DNA from: the human T2T-CHM13v2.0 reference genome, Homo sapiens
Length of the DNA stretch: 64,000 nucleotides
Strand: one strand, 5' to 3'
Assembly: GCF_009914755.1 (NCBI RefSeq)
Contig: NC_060928.1
The notes under the pieces were generated by a model that was not told where the DNA came from, did no database searches, and saw nothing but the letters and a program-made list of their open reading frames with translations. Below are positions 41,110-54,025 of the stretch, in pieces; within the stretch, counting starts at the first letter, position 1, and each line of letters starts with the position of its first letter. The position numbers and the translations under genes are program-made.

Positions 41110-42296
41110 CATTCTCAGAAACTTGTTTGTGATGTGTGTATTCAACTAACAGAGTTGAACTTTTGTTTTTACAGAGCCGTTTTAAAACACTCTTTTTGTG
41201 GAATCAGAAAGTGGATATTCGGATGGCTCTGAGGATTTCGTTGGAAGCGGGATTACATATAAAATCTAGAGAGAAGCATTCTCAGGAACTTCTTTGTGAT
41301 GTTTGCATTGAAGTCACAGAATTGAACATTCACTTTGATAGAGCAGGTTTGAAACACTCATTCTGTAGTATCTGGAAGTGGACATTTCAAGCGCTTTCAG
41401 GCCTATGGTGAGAAAGGAAATATCTTCGAATAAAAACTAGACAGAAGCATCCTCAGAAACTTATTTGTGATGTGTGTCCTCAACTAACAGAGTTGAAACT
41501 TTGTTTTGATACAGCATTTTGGAAACACTCTTTTTGTAGAATCTGCAGGTGGATATTTGGATAGCTTAGAGGGATTCGTTGGAAAGGGGATATCTTCATA
41601 TAAAATCTAGACAGAAGCATTCTCAGAAACTTATTTGTGATGTGTGTCCTCAACTAACAGAGTTGAACCTTGGTTTTGATACAGCATTTTGGAAACACTC
41701 CTTTTGTAGAATCTGCAGGTGGATATGTGGATAGCTCTGAAGATTTCGTTGGAAACGGGAATTTCTTCATATAAAATCAAACAGAAGCATTCTCAGAAAC
41801 TTCTCAGTGATGTTTGCATTCAGCTCATGGAGTTGAACACTTCCTTTCATAGAGCCGGTTTGAAACACTCTTTCTGCACTACCTGGAAGAGGCCATTTCG
41901 AGCGCTTTGAGTCCTATGGTGAAAAAGGAAATATCTTCTCATAAAAACCAGAAAGAAGCATTCTCAGAAACTTCTTTGTGTTGTGTGTACTCATGTAACA
42001 GTGTTGAACCATCCTTTTGACAGAGCAGTTTTGAAACACTCTTTTTGTAGAATCTGCAAGTGGATATTTGGATAGCTTTGAGGATTTCGTTGGAAACGGG
42101 ATGACATATAATATCTAGAGAGAAGCATTCTCAGGAACTTCTTTGTGCTGTTTGCATTCAAGTCACAGAATTGAACATTCCCTTTCATAGAGCAGATTTG
42201 AAACACTCTTTCTCTAGTATCTGGAAGTGGGCATTTCAAGCGCTTTCAGGCCTATTGAGAGAAAGGAAATATCTTCCCATAAAAACTAGACAGAAG
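41110..42296 (+). repeat. 7-mer structural-variant HOR (m1-m6 plus m7/m19 hybrid; 1,187 bp)
   Basis: Marker spacing 41136 to 42323 = 1,187 bp. Both m3 and m4 are present. The unit ends ...CCTATTGAGAGAAAGGAAATATCTTCCCATAAAAACTAG. Confidence 0.92.
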
Positions 42297-45200
42297 CATT
42301 CTCAGAAACTTGTTTGTGATGTGTGTATTCAACTAACAGAGTTGAACTTTTGTTTTTACAGAGCCGTTTTAAAACACTCTTTTTGTGGAATCAGAAAGTG
42401 GATATTCGGATGGCTCTGAGGATTTCGTTGGAAGCGGGATTACATATAAAATCTAGAGAGAAGCATTCTCAGGAACTTCTTTGTGATGTTTGCATTGAAG
42501 TCACAGAATTGAACATTCACTTTGATAGAGCAGGTTTGAAACACTCATTCTGTAGTATCTGGAAGTGGACATTTCAAGCGCTTTCAGGCCTATGGTGAGA
42601 AAGGAAATATCTTCGAATAAAAACTAGACAGAAGCATCCTCAGAAACTTATTTGTGATGTGTGTCCTCAACTAACAGAGTTGAAACTTTGTTTTGATACA
42701 GCATTTTGGAAACACTCTTTTTGTAGAATCTGCAGGTGGATATTTGGATAGCTTAGAGGGATTCGTTGGAAAGGGGATATCTTCATATAAAATCTAGACA
42801 GAAGCATTCTCAGAAACTTATTTGTGATGTGTGTCCTCAACTAACAGAGTTGAACCTTGGTTTTGATACAGCATTTTGGAAACGCTCCTTTTGTAGAATC
42901 TGCAGGTGGATATGTGGATAGCTCTGAAGATTTCGTTGGAAACGGGAATTTCTTCATATAAAATCAAACAGAAGCATTCTCAGAAACTTCTCAGTGATGT
43001 TTGCATTCAGCTCATGGAGTTGAACACTTCCTTTCATAGAGCCGGTTTGAAACACTCTTTCTGCACTACCTGGAATAGGACATTTCGAGCGCTTTGAGTC
43101 CTATGGTGAAAAAGGAAATATCTTCTCATAAAAACCAGAAAGAAGCATTCTCAGAAACTTCTTTGTGTTGTGTGTACTCATGTAACAGTGTTGAACCATC
43201 CTTTTGACAGAGCAGTTTTGAAACACTCTTTTTGTAGAATCTGCAAGTGGATATTTGGATAGCTTTGAGGATTTCGTTGGAAACGGGATGACATATAATA
43301 TCTAGAGAGAAGCATACTCAGGAACTTCTTTGTGATGTTTGCATTCAAGTCACAGAATTGAACATTCCCTTTCATAGAGCAGGTTTGAAACACTCTTTCT
43401 CTAGTATCTGGAAGTGGGCATTTCAAGCGCTTTCAGGCCTATGGAGAGAAAGGAAATACCTTCAAATAAAAACTAGACAGAAGCATTCTCAGAAACTTAT
43501 TTGTGATGTGTGTCCTCAACTAACAGAGTTGAACCTTTGTTTTGATACAGCATTTTGGAAACACTCCTTTTGTAGAATCTGCAGGTGGATATTTGGATAA
43601 CTTTGAAGATTTCGTTGGAAACCGGAATATCTTCATATAAAATCAAGACAGAAGCATTCTCGGAAACATCTCTGTGATGTTTGCATTCAACTCAGTAGAG
43701 TTGAACACTTCCTTTCATAGAGCAGGTTTGAAACACTCTTTCTGCACTACCTGGAAGCGGACATTTCGAGCGCTTTGAGGCCTATGGTGAAAAAGGAAAT
43801 ATCTTCTCATAAAAACCAGAAAGAAGCATTCTCAGAAACTTCTTTGTGTTGTGTGTACTCAAGTAACAGTGTTGAACCTTCCTTTTGACACAGCAGTTTT
43901 GAAACACTCTTTTGGTAGAATCTGCAAGTGGATATTTGGATAGGTTTGAGGATTTCGTTGGAAACGGGTTATCTTCATATAAAATCCAGACAGGAGCATT
44001 CTCAGAAACTTCTTTGTGCTGCATGTCCTCAATTCACAGAGCTGAACCTTTGTTTGGATACAGCATTTTGGAAACATTCCTTTAGTAGAATCTGCAAGTT
44101 GATATTTAGATAGCTTTGAAGATTTCGTTGGAAACGGGAATATCTTCATAGAAAATCTAGACGGAAGCATTCTCAGAAACTGCTTTGTGATGTTTGCATT
44201 CAAGTCACAGAGTTGAATATTCCCTTTTATAGAGTAGGTTTGAAACACTCTTTCGGCACTACCTGGAAGTGGATATTTCGAGCTCTTTGAGGCCTATGGT
44301 TAAAAGGAAATATCTTCCCATAAAAACTAGACAGAAGCCGTCTCAGAAACTTGTTTGTGATGTGTGTATTCAACTACCAGAGTTGAACATTTCTGTTACA
44401 GAGCAATTTTAAAACACTCTTTTTGTGGAATCTGAAAGTGGATAATTGGATAGCTTTGTGGATTTCGTTGGAAACGGGATGACGTATAAAATCTAGAGAG
44501 AAGCATTCTCAGGAACTTCTTTGTGATGTTTGCATTCAAGTCACAGAATTGAACATTCCTTTTCATAGTGCAGGTTTGAAACACTCTTTCTGTAGTATCT
44601 GGAAGTGGACATTTCAAGCGCTTTCAGGCCTACGGGGAGAAAGGAAATATCTTCAAATAAAAACTAGACAGAAGGATTCTCAGAAACTTATTTGTGATGT
44701 GTGTCCTAAACGAACACAGTTGAACCTTTGTTTTGATACAGCATTTTGGAAACACTCCTTTTGTAGGATCTGCAGGTGGATATTTGGATAGATTTTAAGA
44801 TTTCGTTGGAAACGGGAGTTTCTTCATAGAAACTCAAGACAGATGCATTCTCAGAAACATCTCTGTGATGTTTGCATTCCACTCATAGAGTTGAAAACTT
44901 CCTTTCATAGAGCAGGTTTGAAACACTCTTTTTGTAATATTTGGAAGTGGACATTTGCAGCGCTTTGAGGCCTATGGTGAAAAAGGAAATATCTTCTCAT
45001 AAAAACCAGAAACAAGCATTCTCAGAAACTTCTTTTTGATGTGTGTACTCAAGTAACAGAGTTGAACCTTCCTTTTGACACAGCAGTTTTGAAACAATCT
45101 TTTTGTAGAATCTGCAAGTGGATATTTGGATAGCTTTGAGGATTTCGTTGGAAACGGGATATCTTCATATAAAATCTAGACAGAAGCATTCTCAGAAACT

Positions 45201-48200
45201 TCTTTGTGCTGTATGTCCTCAATTAACAGAGTTGAACCATTGCTTGGATACAGCATTTTGGAAACATTCCTTGAGTAGAATCTGCAAGTTGATATTTAGA
45301 TAGATTTGAAGATTTCGTTGGAAAAGGGAATATCTCCATATAAAATCTAGAGGGAAGCATTCTCAGAAACTGCTTTGTGATGTTTCCATTCAAGTCACAG
45401 AGTTGAATATTCCCTTTTATAGAGCACGTTTGAAACACTCTTTCTGCACTATCTGGAAGTGGACATTTCGAGCGCTTTGAGGCCTATAGTGAAAAAGGAA
45501 ATATCTTCCCATAAAAACTAGACAGAAGCATTCTCAGAAACTTGTTTGTGATGTGTGTATTCAACTAACAGAGTTGAACTTTTGTTTTTACAGAGCCGTT
45601 TTAAAACACTCTTTTTGTGGAATCAGAAAGTGGATATTCGGATGGCTCTGAGGATTTCGTTGGAAGCGGGATTACATATAAAATCTAGAGAGAAGCATTC
45701 TCAGGAACTTCTTTGTGATGTTTGCATTGAAGTCACAGAATTGAACATTCACTTTGATAGAGCAGGTTTGAAACACTCATTCTGTAGTATCTGGAAGTGG
45801 ACATTTCAAGCGCTTTCAGGCCTATGGTGAGAAAGGAAATATCTTCGAATAAAAACTAGACAGAAGCATCCTCAGAAACTTATTTGTGATGTGTGTCCTC
45901 AACTAACAGAGTTGAAACTTTGTTTTGATACAGCATTTTGGAAACACTCTTTTTGTAGAATCTGCAGGTGGATATTTGGATAGCTTAGAGGGATTCGTTG
46001 GAAAGGGGATATCTTCATATAAAATCTAGACAGAAGCATTCTCAGAAACTTATTTGTGATGTGTGTCCTCAACTAACAGAGTTGAACCTTGGTTTTGATA
46101 CAGCATTTTGGAAACGCTCCTTTTGTAGAATCTGCAGGTGGATATGTGGATAGCTCTGAAGATTTCGTTGGAAACGGGAATTTCTTCATATAAAATCAAA
46201 CAGAAGCATTCTCAGAAACTTCTCAGTGATGTTTGCATTCAGCTCATGGAGTTGAACACTTCCTTTCATAGAGCCGGTTTGAAACACTCTTTCTGCACTA
46301 CCTGGAAGAGGCCATTTCGAGCGCTTTGAGTCCTATGGTGAAAAAGGAAATATCTTCTCATAAAAACCAGAAAGAAGCATTCTCAGAAACTTCTTTGTGT
46401 TGTGTGTACTCATGTAACAGTGTTGAACCATCCTTTTGACAGAGCAGTTTTGAAACACTCTTTTTGTAGAATCTGCAAGTGGATATTTGGATAGCTTTGA
46501 GGATTTCGTTGGAAACGGGATGACATATAATATCTAGAGAGAAGCATTCTCAGGAACTTCTTTGTGATGTTTGCATTCAAGTCACAGAATTGAACATTCC
46601 CTTTCATAGAGCAGGTTTGAAACACTCTTTCTCTAGTATCTGGAAGTGGGCATTTCAAGCGCTTTCAGGCCTATGGAGAGAAAGGAAATACCTTCAAATA
46701 AAAACTAGACAGAAGCATTCTCAGAAACTTATTTGTGATGTGTGTCCTCAACTAACAGAGTTGAACCTTTGTTTTGATACAGCATTTTGGAAACACTCCT
46801 TTTGTAGAATCTGCAGGTGGATATTTGGATAACTTTGAAGATTTCGTTGGAAACCGGAATATCTTCATATAAAATCAAGACAGAAGCATTCTCGGAAACA
46901 TCTCTGTGATGTTTGCATTCAACTCAGTAGAGTTGAACACTTCCTTTCATAGAGCCGGTTTGAAACACTCTTTCTGCACTACCTGGAAGCGGACATTTCG
47001 AGCGCTTTGAGGCCTATGGTGAAAAAGGAAATATCTTCTCATAAAAACCAGAAAGAAGCATTCTCAGAAACTTCTTTGTGTTGTGTGTACTCAAGTAACA
47101 GTGTTGAACCTTCCTTTTGACACAGCAGTTTTGAAACACTCTTTTGGTAGAATCTGCAAGTGGATATTTGGATAGCTTTGAGGATTTCGTTGGAAACGGG
47201 TTATCTTCATATAAAATCCAGACAGGAGCATTCTCAGAAACTTCTTTGTGCTGCATGTCCTCAATTCACAGAGCTGAACCTTTGTTTGGATACAGCATTT
47301 TGGAAACATTCCTTTAGTAGAATCTGCAAGTTGATATTTAGATAGCTTTGAAGATTTCGTTGGAAACGGGAATATCTTCATAGAAAATCTAGACGGAAGC
47401 ATTCTCAGAAACTGCTTTGTGATGTTTGCATTCAAGTCACAGAGTTGAATATTCCCTTTTATAGAGTAGGTTTGAAACACTCTTTCGGCACTACCTGGAA
47501 GTGGATATTTCGAGCTCTTTGAGGCCTATGGTTAAAAGGAAATATCTTCCCATAAAAACTAGACAGAAGCCGTCTCAGAAACTTGTTTGTGATGTGTGTA
47601 TTCAACTAACAGAGTTGAACATTTCTGTTACAGAGCAATTTTAAAACACTCTTTTTGTGGAATCTGAAAGTGGATAATTGGATAGCTTTGTGGATTTCGT
47701 TGGAAACGGGATGACGTATAAAATCTAGAGAGAAGCATTCTCAGGAACTTCTTTGTGATGTTTGCATTCAAGTCACAGAATTGAACATTCCTTTTCATAG
47801 TGCAGGTTTGAAACACTCTTTCTGTAGTATCTGGAAGTGGACATTTCAAGCGCTTTCAGGCCTACGGGGAGAAAGGAAATATCTTCAAATAAAAACTAGA
47901 CAGAAGGATTCTCAGAAACTTATTTGTGATGTGTGTCCTAAACGAACACAGTTGAACCTTTGTTTAGATACAGCATTTTGGAAACACTCCTTTTGTAGGA
48001 TCTGCAGGTGGATATTTGGATAGATTTTAAGATTTCGTTGGAAACGGGAGTTTCTTCATAGAAACTCAAGACAGATGCATTCTCAGAAACATCTCTGTGA
48101 TGTTTGCATTCCACTCATAGAGTTGAAAACTTCCTTTCATAGAGCAGGTTTGAAACACTCTTTTTGTAATATTTGGAAGTGGACATTTGCAGCGCTTTGA

Positions 48201-48760
48201 GGCCTATGGTGAAAAAGGAAATATCTTCTCATAAAAACCAGAAACAAGCATTCTCAGAAACTTCTTTTTGATGTGTGTACTCAAGTAACAGAGTTGAACC
48301 TTCCTTTTGACACAGCAGTTTTGAAACAATCTTTTTGTAGAATCTGCAAGTGGATATTTGGATAGCTTTGAGGATTTCGTTGGAAACGGGATATCTTCAT
48401 ATAAAATCTAGACAGAAGCATTCTCAGAAACTTCTTTGTGCTGTATGTCCTCAATTAACAGAGTTGAACCATTGCTTGGATACAGCATTTTGGAAACATT
48501 CCTTTAGTAGAATCTGCAAGTTGATATTGAGATAGATTTGAAGATTTCGTTGGAAAAGGGAATATCTCCATATAAAATCTAGACGGAAGCATTCTCAGAA
48601 ACTGCTTTGTGATGTTTCCATTCAAGTCACAGAGTTGAATATTCCCTTTTATAGAGCACGTTTGAAACACTCTTTCTGCACTATCTGGAAGTGGACATTT
48701 CGAGCGCTTTGAGGCCTATGGTGAAAAAGGAAATATCTTCCCATAAAAATTAGACAGAAG
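42297..48760 (+). repeat. Two 19-mer HORs (H13, H14)
   Basis: Starts at 42297 and 45529, 3,232 bp each. Confidence 0.94.
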
Positions 48761-49777
48761 CATTCTCAGAAACTTGTTTGTGATGTGTGTATTCAACTAA
48801 CAGAGTTGAACTTTTGTTTTTACAGAGCCGTTTTAAAACACTCTTTTTGTGGAATCAGAAAGTGGATATTCGGATGGCTCTGAGGATTTCGTTGGAAGCG
48901 GGATTACATATAAAATCTAGAGAGAAGCATTCTCAGGAACTTCTTTGTGATGTTTGCATTGAAGTCACAGAATTGAACATTCACTTTGATAGAGCAGGTT
49001 TGAAACACTCATTCTGTAGTATCTGGAAGTGGACATTTCAAGCGCTTTCAGGCCTATGGTGAAAAAGGAAATATCTTCGAATAAAAACTAGACAGAAGCA
49101 TCCTCAGAAACTTATTTGTGATGTGTGTCCTCAACTAACAGAGTTGAAACTTTGTTTTGATACAGCATTTTGGAAACACTCCTTTTGCAGAATCTGCAGG
49201 TGGATATGTGGATAGCTCTGACGATTTCGTTGGAAACGGGAATTTCTTCATATAAAATCAAACAGAAGCATTCTCAGAAACTTCTCAGTGATGTTTGCAT
49301 TCAGCTCATGGAGTTGAACACTTCCTTTCATAGAGCCGGTTTGAAACACTCTTTCTGCACTACCTGGAAGAGGCCATTTCGAGCGCTTTGAGTCCTATGG
49401 TGAAAAAGGAAATATCTTCTCATAAAAACCAGAAAGAAGCATTCTCAGAAACTTCTTTGTGTTGTGTGTACTCATGTAACAGTGTTGAACCATCCTTTTG
49501 ACAGAGCAGTTTTGAAACACTCTTTTTGTAGAATCTGCAAGTGGATATTTGGATAGCTTTGAGGATTTCGTTGGAAACGGGATGACATATAATATCTAGA
49601 GAGAAGCATTCTCAGGAACTTCTTTGTGCTGTTTGCATTCAAGTCACAGAATTGAACATTCCCTTTCATAGAGCAGATTTGAAACACTCTTTCTCTAGTA
49701 TCTGGAAGTGGGCATTTCAAGCGCTTTCAGGCCTATTGAGAGAAAGGAAATACCTTCAAATAAAAACTAGACAGAAG
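48761..49777 (+). repeat. 6-mer structural-variant HOR #3 (1,017 bp)
   Basis: Marker spacing 48787 to 49804. Confidence 0.93.
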
Positions 49778-52700
49778 CATTCTCAGAAACTTGTTTGTGA
49801 TGTGTGTATTCAACTAACAGAGTTGAACTTTTGTTTTTACAGAGCCGTTTTAAAACACTCTTTTTGTGGAATCAGAAAGTGGATATTCGGATGGCTCTGA
49901 GGATTTCGTTGGAAGCGGGATTACATATAAAATCTAGAGAGAAGCATTCTCAGGAACTTCTTTGTGATGTTTGCATTGAAGTCACAGAATTGAACATTCA
50001 CTTTGATAGAGCAGGTTTGAAACACTCATTCTGTAGTATCTGGAAGTGGACATTTCAAGCGCTTTCAGGCCTATGGTGAGAAAGGAAATATCTTCGAATA
50101 AAAACTAGACAGAAGCATCCTCAGAAACTTATTTGTGATGTGTGTCCTCAACTAACAGAGTTGAAACTTTGTTTTGATACAGCATTTTGGAAACACTCTT
50201 TTTGTAGAATCTGCAGGTGGATATTTGGATAGCTTAGAGGGATTCGTTGGAAAGGGGATATCTTCATATAAAATCTAGACAGAAGCATTCTCAGAAACTT
50301 ATTTGTGATGTGTGTCCTCAACTAACAGAGTTGAACCTTGGTTTTGATACAGCATTTTGGAAACGCTCCTTTTGTAGAATCTGCAGGTGGATATGTGGAT
50401 AGCTCTGAAGATTTCGTTGGAAACGGGAATTTCTTCATATAAAATCAAACAGAAGCATTCTCAGAAACTTCTCAGTGATGTTTGCATTCAGCTCATGGAG
50501 TTGAACACTTCCTTTCATAGAGCCGGTTTGAAACACTCTTTCTGCACTACCTGGAAGAGGACATTTCGAGCGCTTTGAGTCCTATGGTGAAAAAGGAAAT
50601 ATCTTCTCATAAAAACCAGAAAGAAGCATTCTCAGAAACTTCTTTGTGTTGTGTGTACTCATGTAACAGTGTTGAACCATCCTTTTGACAGAGCAGTTTT
50701 GAAACACTCTTTTTGTAGAATCTGCAAGTGGATATTTGGATAGCTTTGAGGATTTCGTTGGAAACGGGATGACATATAATATCTAGAGAGAAGCATACTC
50801 AGGAACTTCTTTGTGATGTTTGCATTCAAGTCACAGAATTGAACATTCCCTTTCATAGAGCAGGTTTGAAACACTCTTTCTCTAGTATCTGGAAGTGGGC
50901 ATTTCAAGCGCTTTCAGGCCTATGGAGAGAAAGGAAATACCTTCAAATAAAAACTAGACAGAAGCATTCTCAGAAACTTATTTGTGATGTGTGTCCTCAA
51001 CTAACAGAGTTGAACCTTTGTTTTGATACAGCATTTTGGAAACACTCCTTTTGTAGAATCTGCAGGTGGATATTTGGATAACTTTGAAGATTTCGTTGGA
51101 AACCGGAATATCTTCATATAAAATCAAGACAGAAGCATTCTCGGAAACATCTCTGTGATGTTTGCATTCAACTCAGTAGAGTTGAACACTTCCTTTCATA
51201 GAGCCGGTTTGAAACACTCTTTCTGCACTACCTGGAAGCGGACATTTCGAGCGCTTTGAGGCCTATGGTGAAAAAGGAAATATCTTCTCATAAAAACCAG
51301 AAAGAAGCATTCTCAGAAACTTCTTTGTGTTGTGTGTACTCAAGTAACAGTGTTGAACCTTCCTTTTGACACAGCAGTTTTGAAACACTCTTTTGGTAGA
51401 ATCTGCAAGTGGATATTTGGATAGCTTTGAGGATTTCGTTGGAAACGGGTTATCTTCATATAAAATCCAGACAGGAGCATTCTCAGAAACTTCTTTGTGC
51501 TGCATGTCCTCAATTCACAGAGCTGAACCTTTGTTTGGATACAGCATTTTGGAAACATTCCTTTAGTAGAATCTGCAAGTTGATATTTAGATAGCTTTGA
51601 AGATTTCGTTGGAAACGGGAATATCTTCATAGAAAATCTAGACGGAAGCATTCTCAGAAACTGCTTTGTGATGTTTGCATTCAAGTCACAGAGTTGAATA
51701 TTCCCTTTTATAGAGTAGGTTTGAAACACTCTTTCGGCACTACCTGGAAGTGGATATTTCGAGCTCTTTGAGGCCTATGGTTAAAAGGAAATATCTTCCC
51801 ATAAAAACTAGACAGAAGCCGTCTCAGAAACTTGTTTGTGATGTGTGTATTCAACTAACAGAGTTGAACATTTCTGTTACAGAGCAATTTTAAAACACTC
51901 TTTTGTGGAATCTGAAAGTGGATAATTGGATAGCTTTGTGGATTTCGTTGGAAACGGGATGACGTATAAAATCTAGAGAGAAGCATTCTCAGGAACTTCT
52001 TTCTGATGTTTGCATTCAAGTCACAGAATTGAACATTCCTTTTCATAGTGCAGGTTTGAAACACTCTTTCTGTAGTATCTGGAAGTGGACATTTCAAGCG
52101 CTTTCAGGCCTACGGGGAGAAAGGAAATATCTTCAAATAAAAACTAGACAGAAGGATTCTCAGAAACTTATTTGTGATGTGTGTCCTAAACGAACACAGT
52201 TGAACCTTTGTTTAGATACAGCATTTTGGAAACACTCCTTTTGTAGGATCTGCAGGTGGATATTTGGATAGATTTTAAGATTTCGTTGGAAACGGGAGTT
52301 TCTTCATAGAAACTCAAGACAGATGCATTCTCAGAAACATCTCTGTGATGTTTGCATTCCACTCATAGAGTTGAAAACTTCCTTTCATAGAGCAGGTTTG
52401 AAACACTCTTTTTGTAATATTTGGAAGTGGACATTTGCAGCGCTTTGAGGCCTATGGTGAAAAAGGAAATATCTTCTCATAAAAACCAGAAACAAGCATT
52501 CTCAGAAACTTCTTTTTGATGTGTGTACTCAAGTAACAGAGTTGAACCTTCGTTTTGACACAGCAGTTTTGAAACAATCTTTTTGTAGAATCTGCAAGTG
52601 GATATTTGGATAGCTTTGAGGATTTCGTTGGAAACGGGATATCTTCATATAAAATCTAGACAGAAGCATTCTCAGAAACTTCTTTGTGCTGTATGTCCTC

Positions 52701-53008
52701 AATTAACAGAGTTGAACCATTGCTTGGATACAGCATTTTGGAAACATTCCTTTAGTAGAATCTGCAAGTTGATATTGAGATAGATTTGAAGATTTCGTTG
52801 GAAAAGGGAATATCTCCATATAAAATCTAGACGGAAGCATTCTCAGAAACTGCTTTGTGATGTTTCCATTCAAGTCACAGAGTTGAATATTCCCTTTTAT
52901 AGAGCACGTTTGAAACACTCTTTCTGCACTATCTGGAAGTGGACATTTCGAGCGCTTTGAGGCCTATGGTGAAAAAGGAAATATCTTCCCATAAAAATTA
53001 GACAGAAG
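49778..53008 (+). repeat. 19-mer HOR (H15), 3,231 bp
   Basis: One T is missing from the m13 T-run at 51901-51904. Confidence 0.93.
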
Positions 53009-54025
53009 CATTCTCAGAAACTTGTTTGTGATGTGTGTATTCAACTAACAGAGTTGAACTTTTGTTTTTACAGAGCCGTTTTAAAACACTCTTTTTGTGG
53101 AATCAGAAAGTGGATATTCGGATGGCTCTGAGGATTTCGTTGGAAGCGGGATTACATATAAAATCTAGAGAGAAGCATTCTCAGGAACTTCTTTGTGATG
53201 TTTGCATTGAAGTCACAGAATTGAACATTCACTTTGATAGAGCAGGTTTGAAACACTCATTCTGTAGTATCTGGAAGTGGACATTTCAAGCGCTTTCAGG
53301 CCTATGGTGAAAAAGGAAATATCTTCGAATAAAAACTAGACAGAAGCATCCTCAGAAACTTATTTGTGATGTGTGTCCTCAACTAACAGAGTTGAAACTT
53401 TGTTTTGATACAGCATTTTGGAAACACTCCTTTTGCAGAATCTGCAGGTGGATATGTGGATAGCTCTGACGATTTCGTTGGAAACGGGAATTTCTTCATA
53501 TAAAATCAAACAGAAGCATTCTCAGAAACTTCTCAGTGATGTTTGCATTCAGCTCATGGAGTTGAACACTTCCTTTCATAGAGCCGGTTTGAAACACTCT
53601 TTCTGCACTACCTGGAAGAGGCCATTTCGAGCGCTTTGAGTCCTATGGTGAAAAAGGAAATATCTTCTCATAAAAACCAGAAAGAAGCATTCTCAGAAAC
53701 TTCTTTGTGTTGTGTGTACTCATGTAACAGTGTTGAACCATCCTTTTGACAGAGCAGTTTTGAAACACTCTTTTTGTAGAATCTGCAAGTGGATATTTGG
53801 ATAGCTTTGAGGATTTCGTTGGAAGCGGGATGACATATAATATCTAGAGAGAAGCATTCTCAGGAACTTCTTTGTGCTGTTTGCATTCAAGTCACAGAAT
53901 TGAACATTCCCTTTCATAGAGCAGATTTGAAACACTCTTTCTCTAGTATCTGGAAGTGGGCATTTCAAGCGCTTTCAGGCCTATTGAGAGAAAGGAAATA
54001 CCTTCAAATAAAAACTAGACAGAAG
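53009..54025 (+). repeat. 6-mer structural-variant HOR #4 (1,017 bp)
   Basis: Marker spacing 53035 to 54052. Confidence 0.93.
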
